Assembly (NCBI GenBank): GCA_043811375.1 | Contig: JBDRNJ010000074.1 | Span: 58,880 to 122,879 of the forward strand | Length of the DNA stretch: 64,000 bases | Origin: a bacterium | Lineage (GTDB): Bacteria; Zixibacteria; MSB-5A5; GN15; FEB-12 | Reading direction: 5' to 3' | Shown: one piece after another, positions 38,087-48,044 of the stretch | Layout of the letters: the number at the start of each line of letters is the position of its first letter | Numbering within the stretch: the stretch's first letter is position 1 | Translations under genes and position numbers: made by a program | The notes under the pieces: generated by a model | The model's database searches: none | What the model was told of the DNA's origin: nothing | What the model saw: only the letters and a program-made list of their open reading frames with translations

Positions 38087-39118
38087 TCAGCGCAGCACCG
38101 GACTGTCCAGCTTGAACTTCATGCCGGATATGCGCCCCAGTGCCTGTCTGAGACGCACCGACATGATCTCCCGCTCGGCGACGGCTTCAACGAAGTAGTC
38201 ATACGCCCGCATGGTCTCTTCCAGATCCCGGCCAAACAGAAGCAGGTCGTGGCCGGAAGCTAAAGCATCTACCGCCCGCTCACCAACATGACCCAGTGTC
38301 CCGGCGCCTGTCATCAATAAATCATCGGTCACCACCGGTCCGTCAAAATCCAGTCGTTTGCGTATCATAGTATCGACGACCTTAGCCGAGCCGGTGGCCG
38401 ATGCGGCGTCTATTTTCGGCAGCATGAGATGGGTAGTCATAACCATGTCGGCACCCGCCTTGACACCAGCCAGAAACGGAATCATTTCCCGCTGCTCCCA
38501 GATCACGTCATCGTAGTCCGCCGTCGCCAATTGCCGGTGCGGATCGATGGCGGCCGCCCCCAAACCGGGGAAATGCTTGAGGCAACTGAGAAGCCCGGCC
38601 TTTCTCGATATCTGTACCGCCTGCCGTACAAACGGCACGATTTCATCAGGGGTGGCACCGAAACAACGGTCCTTAAGACAGTCGTTGGCTTCGTTGAGCC
38701 GGATGTCACAAACCGGGCCAAGATTCAGATTGATACCCAGTGAAGCCATAAACACAGCCGATCGGGTGTAATCTTCCCGGAAGCGTTCCAGTTGCCCGTC
38801 GCGACCGTATTCTTCAGCGGCGCGGTACTCAGCCGGAGCTCCGCGCAGACGACAGATCCGGCCCCCTTCCTGATCGATCGCAATCAAGGGTAATGTGCCG
38901 CGGCACCTGGCCCTGATAGTTTCAATGTTCTCTCGAGCGACTTCGTGCGTGGGGCAATTCTCCTCAAAAAGAATCACTCCCCCGATACGCTCCTCAGCAA
39001 TAAACTGGAGAAACTCCTCCGACGGCTCGGCTCCGGGAAAACCGATTATGAACAACTGGCCTATCTTATTGTCTGATGTATTCATGCTTTCACTCATACT
39101 TGTGGTTGTATATCGCAT
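38087..39118 (-). CDS. nagZ: Beta-N-acetylhexosaminidase NagZ (GH3)
   Basis: IDQEGG, KHFPGLGAAAIDPH, VTDDL. Confidence 0.92.
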   Translation of the reverse strand: MRYTTTSMSESMNTSDNKIGQLFIIGFPGAEPSEEFLQFIAEERIGGVILFEENCPTHEVARENIETIRARCRGTLPLIAIDQEGGRICRLRGAPAEYRAAEEYGRDGQLERFREDYTRSAVFMASLGINLNLGPVCDIRLNEANDCLKDRCFGATPDEIVPFVRQAVQISRKAGLLSCLKHFPGLGAAAIDPHRQLATADYDDVIWEQREMIPFLAGVKAGADMVMTTHLMLPKIDAASATGSAKVVDTMIRKRLDFDGPVVTDDLLMTGAGTLGHVGERAVDALASGHDLLLFGRDLEETMRAYDYFVEAVAEREIMSVRLRQALGRISGMKFKLDSPVLR

Positions 39119-39133
39119 TACCTTACCTTACCT

Positions 39134-40693
39134 CTAAATAACCCGCACCAGGTTGCGTCCCTCTCCCTTCGCTCGATACAGCGCCTGGTCTGCTACCGAA
39201 ACCAGTTCTTCCTCTGAACGACCGTTCTCCGGGAACGAACTGACCCCAACCGATACCGTTATCCTTAACCGGCCGACCTGTCCGGCATCCATAACGGCCG
39301 CCTCGACCCGCTCCCGTATGCGTTCCCCTAACACTGAGGCCTCGCGCAGTGGGGTCTGAGGCAGGATCACGGCGAATTCCTCTCCTCCATAGCGTACGAA
39401 AATATCAACATCCCTGATACAATCGCGAATAATAACCGACAGCTCCCTTAAAACGCTGTTGCCGCTCTCGTGTCCGTAGGTGTCATTGAGTTTCTTGAAA
39501 CGATCGATATCAATCATGATCAACGACAACGGCAGGTTGTAGCGCACCGCCCGTCGCTTCTCTTCCTGCAACTTCTGAAGAAAATAACGATAGTTGTATG
39601 TCTCTGTCAATTCATCAACGATAGTGAGCTCTTCCGTTCTCTTATGCAATTCGGCGTTCTCCAATGCCAGGGCTGCCGACCGCGTTACAATCGACAGTAA
39701 CTGTATGTCCCTCTCGGTGAAATGGCCGACACGATCCGATTCGGCCGCCAGGACTCCAGTTATTTGACCGCGAGAAGACATCGGCACCACCATAATCGAC
39801 CGCACTCCCTCCCCCAGCGGCTGGTAGTCATCGCGGCCGGCAATATCCCTTACTCGCACCGGCTCCCCCAATCGGCATATTTTGCGTACCAATTCCATCC
39901 GGTCCGATCCGATCGCCTTGGGGTGGAAGTTGCACCGGCCGGAGGTCAACCGTGCCCGGTAGTAAAGGCGTCCCGATTTGTCTTCCAGAATCATGAAAGC
40001 ATGGGGATACTGCAACACATTGCCCAGAATTCGCATCACTTCTTTCACCACGCCGTCGGTATCAAGAATCGACGCTGCGATGCGCGAGTTCTCGTAAATT
40101 ATTTCCAGTTGGGCATGCGAACGTTCCAACTCCGATGTGCGCCGATTGAGCGTGTCAAAAAGCCCCAGCAGTCGCTTCTCCGAACGTCGCAGGTGGTCGG
40201 AAGCATAAGACAGGGTAAGAAAAAAGACCAGCAGGAAGCCTATGTATATGGCGGCACCAAAAAGATTCTCCCCGCTAACCGTCTGGCTGATGGCGCCGAG
40301 GTAAGTCAAAGCCACTACCAGCGTCACGGACGAGGCCACCCAGAAGCGGAGGACATAGGCTGCTACTGCCGTGGTTAAAAAGAAAAGCAGGGAAAAAGGA
40401 GAATCAATTCCGCCGGTATGCAACACCACCGTCGGCACCAGGATTATATCGTAGATGATGGCCGACAGGTAGGCCAGTTTGATATCGAAACGGCCCCGAA
40501 TCGCCGCGAAGAAAACAGCCAGATGCAGCGAGAATGTCCCCAGAACAACCCAAAACAGGTATGGATCAAAAGCAGTCTGCTCCTCAAGCCAACCCCAGCA
40601 ACCAATCCCTGTCAGGGCCAGCACCCTGGTCAACAGATAAATCGAGTCAACTCGGGGCAGAAGAGTTTTATTTCGGTCCAGAAACAGCTTCAT
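39134..40693 (-). CDS. Diguanylate cyclase: PilS-like TM module, GAF, GGDEF
   Basis: DELTETYN, DIDRFKKLNDTYGH, RDVD I-site, RYGGEEF. Confidence 0.93.
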   Translation of the reverse strand: MKLFLDRNKTLLPRVDSIYLLTRVLALTGIGCWGWLEEQTAFDPYLFWVVLGTFSLHLAVFFAAIRGRFDIKLAYLSAIIYDIILVPTVVLHTGGIDSPFSLLFFLTTAVAAYVLRFWVASSVTLVVALTYLGAISQTVSGENLFGAAIYIGFLLVFFLTLSYASDHLRRSEKRLLGLFDTLNRRTSELERSHAQLEIIYENSRIAASILDTDGVVKEVMRILGNVLQYPHAFMILEDKSGRLYYRARLTSGRCNFHPKAIGSDRMELVRKICRLGEPVRVRDIAGRDDYQPLGEGVRSIMVVPMSSRGQITGVLAAESDRVGHFTERDIQLLSIVTRSAALALENAELHKRTEELTIVDELTETYNYRYFLQKLQEEKRRAVRYNLPLSLIMIDIDRFKKLNDTYGHESGNSVLRELSVIIRDCIRDVDIFVRYGGEEFAVILPQTPLREASVLGERIRERVEAAVMDAGQVGRLRITVSVGVSSFPENGRSEEELVSVADQALYRAKGEGRNLVRVI

Positions 40694-40986
40694 TCACACA
40701 ATCCCGTATATAGTCAGTATATCGGCTTAACTTGACGGTTGTTAATGATACTGAAAGACTTAGATAGAAATGACCGAACCCGGTCGGGATCGGATAATTG
40801 ATGAGAGCCTTACCAGAGACAGCCCCAGAACCCCTATGGCCGGCATGGCCGGCGCCGGGCGACCCTGTCGGGCAGGTGTCAGACGGCCGATGGTTTTTCA
40901 GTGGCTTTCGTGGGCTACACAGACTATATATGCAGCGTAACAAGCCCGGCCCGGTACCGTAGTAGAGAGTAATGGAGAGGAATACT

Positions 40987-42267
40987 ATGAGCCTGTTGTT
41001 GAGAATGTGTTATCGGTCGGTTCTGATCTTTATCTCAGTCCTTCTGGCCGCTTCTCTTCTACAGGCATCGGAATTCCAAACAGGCAAGAGCATCCACATT
41101 TCAAACCTGCACCATATCGAAGATGATCTGTATGCCTGGGCTGAGACAATCACAATAGATGGCACAATCCAGAATGACCTGGTGGCAGGAGCCTACACCG
41201 TCGATATAAATGGCCAGGTCAACGGCTCCGAGAATATCTTCGCCTACAAGTTTGACCACACCGGTATCGCCGGCAACTCTCTCAGGGCGTTTGCCAACAC
41301 TATTGACATAAACGGCCGGATCGCGGGCTCGGCGCTGTTGATGGGTAACAGTATCCATATTGGCAAGGGGGCCGAGATCAAGAGAGATCTCACTGTCACC
41401 GGCAACTTCATCCGAATTGACGGCCTGGTTGGCGGTGATGTCATCATTAATGGCAGCAAGACCATTATCTCGGGTGAGATCATCGGTAATGTCAGTGTCG
41501 AGGGTGATGAACTTCGCATCGTGCCACCGGCAGTTATCAGGGGAGATCTCCGCACCTGCTGTATTGAGGATATTCTCATCGACACGGCCAGCGGCGTAAC
41601 CATCATGGGAGAGATCGTCTGCGAGCAGGCAGCCGACAAAACCGAGAAAGAAGATGAGTCGAGCGGTGTGATCAGCACGGCCGCAATGAGCACTGCCAGG
41701 ATCCTGGCGGCCTTCCTGTTCGGCATTATCGCCCTCTTGTTGTTCCGACGGTGGACCACTGAATCACTGGACCAATTGCGCAGCCGCTTTTCCGTCTCCA
41801 TAGCCGCCGGATTCCTGCTGCTGCTGGTGGCAGGGACAGCCATCGTAGTTCTCGTAATCGCCCTTATCCTCCTGCTGGCCGGGCTGGTCATAGTTTCCGG
41901 CAACCTGGCGCCTCTGGGAACCCTGGTGCTGACGCTGTCGATCCTCATCGTGCCCATATCCAGTTTCGTGGCCGTTTCCAGCGGTGTAATTCTCTACTCC
42001 GGCAAGGTCATCTTCGCTTTCCTCGTCGGTCATCTCCTGGTTCGTCTGATCAATCCCAATGCTGCTGTGCTGGGAAAAGGCCAGTTACTGTTAGGGTTGA
42101 TCGTGCTGGCACTGCTTTTTGCCGCGCCGCTTATCGGCATATTGATTTATCTGCTGGTCAGCATCGCCGGAGCCGGAGCAATTGTGCTGGCGATCAGGAA
42201 AAGCCGCCGACAGAACAACCAGACCCCGAGGCAAAATGCGGCGCCATCAGGACAAGTCTCCAATTGA
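40987..42267 (+). CDS. Bactofilin/polymer-forming beta-helix repeat protein with C-terminal TM helices
   Basis: Signal peptide; repeated I.IDG.I.GD.. units; about 6 TM; GGAGAGG RBS favours ATG at 40987 over 40972. Confidence 0.75.
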   Translation: MSLLLRMCYRSVLIFISVLLAASLLQASEFQTGKSIHISNLHHIEDDLYAWAETITIDGTIQNDLVAGAYTVDINGQVNGSENIFAYKFDHTGIAGNSLRAFANTIDINGRIAGSALLMGNSIHIGKGAEIKRDLTVTGNFIRIDGLVGGDVIINGSKTIISGEIIGNVSVEGDELRIVPPAVIRGDLRTCCIEDILIDTASGVTIMGEIVCEQAADKTEKEDESSGVISTAAMSTARILAAFLFGIIALLLFRRWTTESLDQLRSRFSVSIAAGFLLLLVAGTAIVVLVIALILLLAGLVIVSGNLAPLGTLVLTLSILIVPISSFVAVSSGVILYSGKVIFAFLVGHLLVRLINPNAAVLGKGQLLLGLIVLALLFAAPLIGILIYLLVSIAGAGAIVLAIRKSRRQNNQTPRQNAAPSGQVSN

Positions 42268-42320
42268 ATCTGGATTGAACTGGAAGTAATCACGGATCCT
42301 GATACCCGCCCGGCGTGCTG

Positions 42321-44033
42321 TTACAGACCTCCGGCCACACCGCGCCCTCGTGGATCGGACGCTGCCGCCATCAGGCCGCTGTCATCGATAATGATCGCTT
42401 GCAGATCGCTGTAGGATTCGCACTCCCGAACAGCGTGACCATACCGAATCAACTCCTGCGTCGTATTGATATCAAATCCCCCCAGTTCGAGATCGATACG
42501 ATCCGGCAACCACTGGTGATGAAAACGCGGCTGGCTGACTACCGCTTGCAAACTGAAACCAAAGCGAGTCAGATTGAGTATCGCCTGCGCCACCACCGTG
42601 ATTATCCGTGAGCCCCCCGGCGCTCCTAAAATCATGAATGGCCGTCCCTTCTTCAATACCAGGGTCGGTGACATCGAGGACAGCATCCGCTTACCCGGTT
42701 CAATCTTGTTGGCCTCGCCGCCGACAAGACCGTACGTATTGGGATAACCCGGTTTGATGGAAAAATCATCCATCTCATTGTTCAACAGAAAACCCGCCCC
42801 CTCAACCAACAGTTTACAGCCATAACCCGTATTGAGGGTGTAGGTCACAGCCACCATATTGCCCGCCACATCACAGACCGAAAAGTGAGTCGTTTCTGAC
42901 GATTCAGTACCCCGGGGGTTTCCGGCGCTGACCAGTTCCGATGACCGGGCGTGCTCCTTTTTGATTAGACTGCGGCGGTCATGAATATAAACACTGTCCA
43001 GCAGACCTTCCGGCACGTCGTAGAAACCGGGATCACCCAGATGAACTGAGCGATCAGCGAAGGCCAGCCGGGCCGCCTCGCAGAAAAGATGGATGTATTC
43101 CGGCGATCCCGGTGTCAGAACAGAGAAGTCATGCGTCTCCAGCAACTTAAGTATCTGCCCCACCGCAATTCCTCCGGAACTGGGCGGCGGCATACTGTAG
43201 ATTTCAAGAGAGTCAAAACCGAATCGTATCGGCTGACGCCAGATCGGTCGGTACGATTTAAGATCCGATGCGGTTATCAAACCACCATGCGCCTCCATAC
43301 AGGCGACTATATTCCGTCCCACCGGCCCTTCATAAAATCCACGCGGACCTGCCGCAGCAATGGCATACAAAGTCGCCGCCAGATCTTTTTGCATCAACCG
43401 TTCGCCGGATTGCGGACACCGACCGTCAGGAAAGAAGACGCGGGCAGTCTCCTGGTAGATGCTCAGACGATCCTGATATCGGGCCAGCGAAGAAGCCAGG
43501 TAATCATCGATCAGGAATCCGGTGTCAGCCAGTGATGCCGCCGGTCCCAGCAATTGCTCCCAGGGCAGTGAACCATAAGCCTGCCACAACCCGTACAGGC
43601 CGGCTACCGTACCGGGGACACCGCAAGCTCCGGCTCCCAGCGTTGAAGCCTCTGAAATAACCTCACCCTGCTTGTCGAGATACATTGTCTCAGTAGCCTG
43701 ACCGGGTGCGGTTTCTCGGAAATCAAGAGCACGCACATCGCCTGATTCACCCGCTCGGACCAGTGCAAACCCGCCTCCGCCAATATTGCCAGCCTGCGGA
43801 TGCACGACCGCCAGGGCAAAACCGACAGCCACTGCCGCATCAAAAGCATTGCCCCCCTGCCGAAACACATTCTCGCCAACCGCGGTGGCAATCGGTGCCG
43901 CCGTCGCCAGTGCCCCTCTTTCGTAATAGCGGGATACCTCCAACCCAGCACATCCGGAAAGAACACCAACCACCGCCGGTAATACCCACAGCCGGCAATA
44001 CCACCACCCGCGACCGCGTAAGAACGCTATCAT
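42321..44033 (-). CDS. ggt: Gamma-glutamyltransferase (lipoprotein)
   Basis: Lipobox LSGC; GGNAFDAA, DFRETAP, ETTHFS (catalytic Thr), LNNEMDDF, SSMSPT, DPR. Confidence 0.95.
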   Translation of the reverse strand: MIAFLRGRGWWYCRLWVLPAVVGVLSGCAGLEVSRYYERGALATAAPIATAVGENVFRQGGNAFDAAVAVGFALAVVHPQAGNIGGGGFALVRAGESGDVRALDFRETAPGQATETMYLDKQGEVISEASTLGAGACGVPGTVAGLYGLWQAYGSLPWEQLLGPAASLADTGFLIDDYLASSLARYQDRLSIYQETARVFFPDGRCPQSGERLMQKDLAATLYAIAAAGPRGFYEGPVGRNIVACMEAHGGLITASDLKSYRPIWRQPIRFGFDSLEIYSMPPPSSGGIAVGQILKLLETHDFSVLTPGSPEYIHLFCEAARLAFADRSVHLGDPGFYDVPEGLLDSVYIHDRRSLIKKEHARSSELVSAGNPRGTESSETTHFSVCDVAGNMVAVTYTLNTGYGCKLLVEGAGFLLNNEMDDFSIKPGYPNTYGLVGGEANKIEPGKRMLSSMSPTLVLKKGRPFMILGAPGGSRIITVVAQAILNLTRFGFSLQAVVSQPRFHHQWLPDRIDLELGGFDINTTQELIRYGHAVRECESYSDLQAIIIDDSGLMAAASDPRGRGVAGGL

Positions 44034-44048
44034 GTCGCTCCGACCCGG

Positions 44049-46229
44049 TTAGCGACGCTCCACCAGGTAAGCGATACCATCAGGAACACCCACATCAATT
44101 ATGATGCCTTCCTGAAGCTCTTTGGCGGTTGTCTTTAAGGGTGGAGCTTCTTCGTCGTCAAACAGGTTGGTCAGTTTCAGACGAGGCGCCTTAAAACCGG
44201 CCTGGCGGAGATCAGCCTTGATGATGATTCTCCTTGATGATGCCTCATAACCATCATTGAGATCCCCCGGTGGCGGCACGACCAGGAGTAGCAGTCCCTT
44301 CTTCGCCCCCATCTTGAATGCAATATCTACCGACGGGTCGCTGCAGTAGAGATAGGAAGTTACTTTTTCTGCTACCAGGATCGACTCCACAAAACTCAGC
44401 TTCTTATGATTCCCGCAAGACGCCATGTCAAAAGTGAAAAAGTATAACCGCCCCTTGAATCGCGATGAGGCCACACCCACCAGTTTGGTGCCGCTCATAG
44501 CTATTTTCTTGGTCTTGGAATCATCGGTGGAACGAATGGATCCATAAACCTGGGTAGGGAAATCCAATTGTTTGTAGGTAACTGTGCCAATACGACTGTC
44601 AACCGTGGTCCTGATACGGAAATGGTTGGAGAGAATCCGGCACTCTTTGAAATTCTCATCATATCGAGGCATCAGACCACACATCACCACGTTCACGCCG
44701 GCCTTGACCAGTTCCACAATGGCTTCCTGGTCGTGCCTTGCCATGACTTCAGCAGACGCGAAAAACAGCAAACGATACTTCTTCAACGTTTCGAACTCAC
44801 GATTCTCCCTCAGGCCAAAACTCAATTTCAATCGCATCAAGTCCCGGCAAAACCCGGTGGTCGACCCGTCCAGCAGCGATGGCAGGTACGTGAATTCCTT
44901 CTTGCTGGATGTTAATCGCAACCATGAATACAGACGATTGCCAACCACCGCCACATCCGCCTTTAACTCCATCTCATCCAGACCCACCAATGAAATGGCA
45001 AGGTTGAATCTCTTGATCACGTCATAGCCGTCTGAGATTGTGCCGTCGTTATGAAGCGGGGCACCATGCCAGTGGTCCCGATCTACAAACATGTGGTGGT
45101 TCATTCCCATAAAACCCGCCGACAAACCCGCGGTCAGGTAAAAGCGCCGGGTTTGATTCTTAACAGGTGCTATCTGTTCTTCCCGCTCCGGGTTTTCCGC
45201 CGCCTTCCCGGAAGTAAAGGAGGACGCGAAAGCAAAGCCGTATTCAGCCTGCAGAAAACGCCCTTTGACGGCCAGGTCGAAATAGCTGCCGTCCGGGAAA
45301 ACATTGCTGCCCAGAAACGGAAACCGATCTTCGGGCACCAGATTAAACGCCGGCAGCAAGTCACCCGCCCGGAAAAATAAAGAGCGAAATATCAGCGGTT
45401 CCACCGTGTAGGATTGAAATATCTCCTCCAGCATTTCCAGGTAGGTATTGAGCATGAACTGGCGAAACTTAAACCAGTCTATCACCCGGGGATAGTCCTT
45501 AAACTCCAACTTGTTGAAACTACGGGGCGGCTCCACGTCGTCAAAGCTCTTGTACCTGGTTTGGTAGTGAGCGTTGAGCTTCTTGATGTCGGTGTACAGC
45601 CCCTCCAGGAAAGGGCAGTACTGCGCAGCCAGAACATCCGGATTATAATCGGCGCTGTCCGGATCCAGAAGACACCCGAATGATGTCTCGTAATCAAGCT
45701 CCACCATGAACACCGGACCCCGCGGATGAACATAATTCTTAGTCGTCTCGATCACGCTCTTGAAATAATTGCGCAAGTGGAATTGGTAATTCTGATGAAG
45801 ATAACTTGGCAGGTAACCGCCGCTGACACCATACTCATCCTTGAGCTTCAGTTCCCGTCCGGAGGCATCACGGGCAAAAACCTTCAAATCGCTGAACAAC
45901 ACTTTCGGCAGTCCCCCATTCTCAAGCTGGCTGGCTACCCAGGGACCGGGACGCAGAATCACTTTGAAACCGAATTCCCGGGCCAGCTCCAGAAAAACTA
46001 TCAGGTCCTTGCTCGGGTCTGTCATACCCGAGAAATCCATCATCCGATTCTCGTCCTGATGTACGTTCCACGGCACCGCTGTAGAAATTATCCTGAATCC
46101 GGCACGCTTGATTCTCTCAAAACAGATAGACCAGTACCGCTTATCAATCCTGAAATAGTGAAGTTCCGCCGAAAATGGGTAGTAAGTTTCCCTGCCGATA
46201 GAAAATTTGTTGCCGATCACACCAAGCAT
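44049..46229 (-). CDS. GH35/GH42-like beta-galactosidase-fold protein with altered active-site motifs
   Basis: SAELHYFR, VPWNVH, VILRPGPW, GGLP; no signal peptide. Confidence 0.75.
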   Translation of the reverse strand: MLGVIGNKFSIGRETYYPFSAELHYFRIDKRYWSICFERIKRAGFRIISTAVPWNVHQDENRMMDFSGMTDPSKDLIVFLELAREFGFKVILRPGPWVASQLENGGLPKVLFSDLKVFARDASGRELKLKDEYGVSGGYLPSYLHQNYQFHLRNYFKSVIETTKNYVHPRGPVFMVELDYETSFGCLLDPDSADYNPDVLAAQYCPFLEGLYTDIKKLNAHYQTRYKSFDDVEPPRSFNKLEFKDYPRVIDWFKFRQFMLNTYLEMLEEIFQSYTVEPLIFRSLFFRAGDLLPAFNLVPEDRFPFLGSNVFPDGSYFDLAVKGRFLQAEYGFAFASSFTSGKAAENPEREEQIAPVKNQTRRFYLTAGLSAGFMGMNHHMFVDRDHWHGAPLHNDGTISDGYDVIKRFNLAISLVGLDEMELKADVAVVGNRLYSWLRLTSSKKEFTYLPSLLDGSTTGFCRDLMRLKLSFGLRENREFETLKKYRLLFFASAEVMARHDQEAIVELVKAGVNVVMCGLMPRYDENFKECRILSNHFRIRTTVDSRIGTVTYKQLDFPTQVYGSIRSTDDSKTKKIAMSGTKLVGVASSRFKGRLYFFTFDMASCGNHKKLSFVESILVAEKVTSYLYCSDPSVDIAFKMGAKKGLLLLVVPPPGDLNDGYEASSRRIIIKADLRQAGFKAPRLKLTNLFDDEEAPPLKTTAKELQEGIIIDVGVPDGIAYLVERR

Positions 46230-46501
46230 ATAACACCCTATCTACCAATATGTTACAAGGACTCTTCGATTTCAGTAAGTATTATTAACATAAGCTTAAC
46301 CGGTCGAAAAGTCAACTATAAAGATATAATACATTACTACACAACATCTTAATGGGGGGCATGCAACTCCAGTCAGACTTGATACCCACAGCATCGCACA
46401 AAATCAGTGCAGACTGTCATTGTTTTTTCAGAAACCACCGCTTTGTACGCAAATCCTTGTGTCTGAACATCTTCACCAATTACACACTCACCAGAGAACC
46501 C

Positions 46502-46530
46502 AAAAAAAGACCCCCGCAGAGCGGGGGCCT
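46502..46530 (-). terminator. Intrinsic terminator after the T9SS-CTD gene
   Basis: GGCCCCCGC-tct-GCGGGGGTC-TTTTTTT on the minus strand. Confidence 0.85.
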
Positions 46531-46558
46531 GCAACTTACTTACATATTTCGAGCCAGT

Positions 46559-47449
46559 CTATTTCAGCAGCATCATCTTCTTGGTTGAAACGAAGTCATC
46601 AGCTTCGAGCTTATAGAAATAGACTCCGGAAGCTACTTCCTTGCCGTCACCGGCGGTTCCTTCCCATCTCACCGGATAGCGTCCGGCCTGCATGTCGGCG
46701 TCGATCAGCGTGATAACCTTCTGGCCGAGCACATTATACACGGTCAGAGTGACATGCGACCGATACGGCAGCTCAAACTTGATCTCGGTCGAGGGATTGA
46801 ACGGGTTGGGGTAGTTCTGGCTGAGAGCATACGTCTTGGGCAGTTCCTGCTCGTCGTAGGGTACGTCGGTGGGTATACCGACGTGGAAGCAGTCAGGACC
46901 ATACCAGGCCGGTATAGTAGGAGTGCCGCCACCCATCGGCGACCAGATCCATACCCCACCCGGCGGATAAAAACTGGAGTCAATACAAATAGAGTCCCCG
47001 GCGTTGTCACTTCCGGTTTCAATGTACCATACTGCAGAATCGTATCCGATTTCAATACCCGGAGCGACAGCATACCCTCCAAAGCCAATAGTATCCCGGC
47101 CGGTTCCCGATACGGAGAAATCGTTGAAAGAGAAAAAATTGTATCTTGAGCCCAGTCCACAGCCGGAGACAGTGTCAAACTCAATCATGTAAAAATTCGC
47201 GCCTCTTGTTGCCTCGTATACCTGGAAGCCATTGGAGGAGGCACCAATAACTTTGGTTCCGTCCTCATAGGTCCAGCGGTATGTGAACTTTATCGTATCC
47301 CCAACCGGAAACCAGCCGCCGGTGATCGCTGAGTCACCACCGTTGGAATTGGTTACCGCATCGAGCGTAATCTCATTTACACCGTGAGCCACTCCAAATG
47401 CCAGCAGCCACAACAACGTCACCGCCGTCAGAATTGAAATACGCTTCAT
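46559..47449 (-). CDS. Secreted protein with a T9SS type A/FlgD-Ig C-terminal domain and a beta-rich, possibly cohesin-like N-terminal domain
   Basis: Signal peptide; LPKTYALSQNYPNPFNPSTEIKF...YNVLGQKV...ASGVYFYKL...KKMMLLK; GAGGAG RBS. Confidence 0.85.
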   Translation of the reverse strand: MKRISILTAVTLLWLLAFGVAHGVNEITLDAVTNSNGGDSAITGGWFPVGDTIKFTYRWTYEDGTKVIGASSNGFQVYEATRGANFYMIEFDTVSGCGLGSRYNFFSFNDFSVSGTGRDTIGFGGYAVAPGIEIGYDSAVWYIETGSDNAGDSICIDSSFYPPGGVWIWSPMGGGTPTIPAWYGPDCFHVGIPTDVPYDEQELPKTYALSQNYPNPFNPSTEIKFELPYRSHVTLTVYNVLGQKVITLIDADMQAGRYPVRWEGTAGDGKEVASGVYFYKLEADDFVSTKKMMLLK

Positions 47450-47888
47450 AATAATCTCCTCTATCTTATCGTTTGTTCTCTCGTTCTACAGTTTGTAATA
47501 ATACTGTCATTCCCCCCTATCATCCCGCTTCATCCTGGCTTCCATATCTGCGGGTCTCGCTCACTAGCGTGACCCGGCACGGGATCAGAGAACGTTATCA
47601 AATTGTCGTATCGGCACCTCCCGGCAGACCAATCCTTCGGTCCACCCTGTACTCAATTATGCATTTCCATACTTTACCTGCCTAACAGTAACCACCTCAA
47701 AACGGGCAGTCAATAAAAAAAACGATCCATAACCCCAAAATGCTTAATCTAAAGTCCAATTCGCGCCGGCTATGGCGAATGCTATCCCGACACTCGGATT
47801 ACAGGAGGTCCACTCCGAAGAAAGGAAGTATATCCCCCAACGGGTTCGCAGGCAGGTTCTCTGGAGGCTGTGACAGAAGTCAATCGTT

Positions 47889-47932
47889 CGGTCAGGTCTT
47901 GCGTTTGGCTTGCCAAACATGTGACCTGACCG
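47889..47932. repeat. REP-like hairpin
   Basis: CGGTCAGGTC...GTTTGGC-tt-GCCAAAC...GACCTGACCG; outer arms resemble the 26347 hairpin. Confidence 0.45.
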
Positions 47933-47972
47933 GTAGCATCGCGAGACAACAGCCATTATCCTGATTGCAGAT

Positions 47973-48011
47973 AAAAAAAAAGACGGCCACCCCCGGTATC
48001 GGGGATGGCCG
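47973..48011 (-). terminator. Intrinsic terminator
   Basis: CGGCCATCCCCG-atac-CGGGGGTGGCCG followed by a long T run on the minus strand. Confidence 0.85.
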
Positions 48012-48044
48012 CGTATAGTCAGAGATCTCAGTTAGTTCTCTTAC

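Noticed and set aside
47450..47960. Known riboswitch (e.g. c-di-GMP-I/II) upstream of the T9SS-CTD gene
   Set aside because: Hairpins are present but I could not match any consensus; an Rfam/Infernal search is needed.
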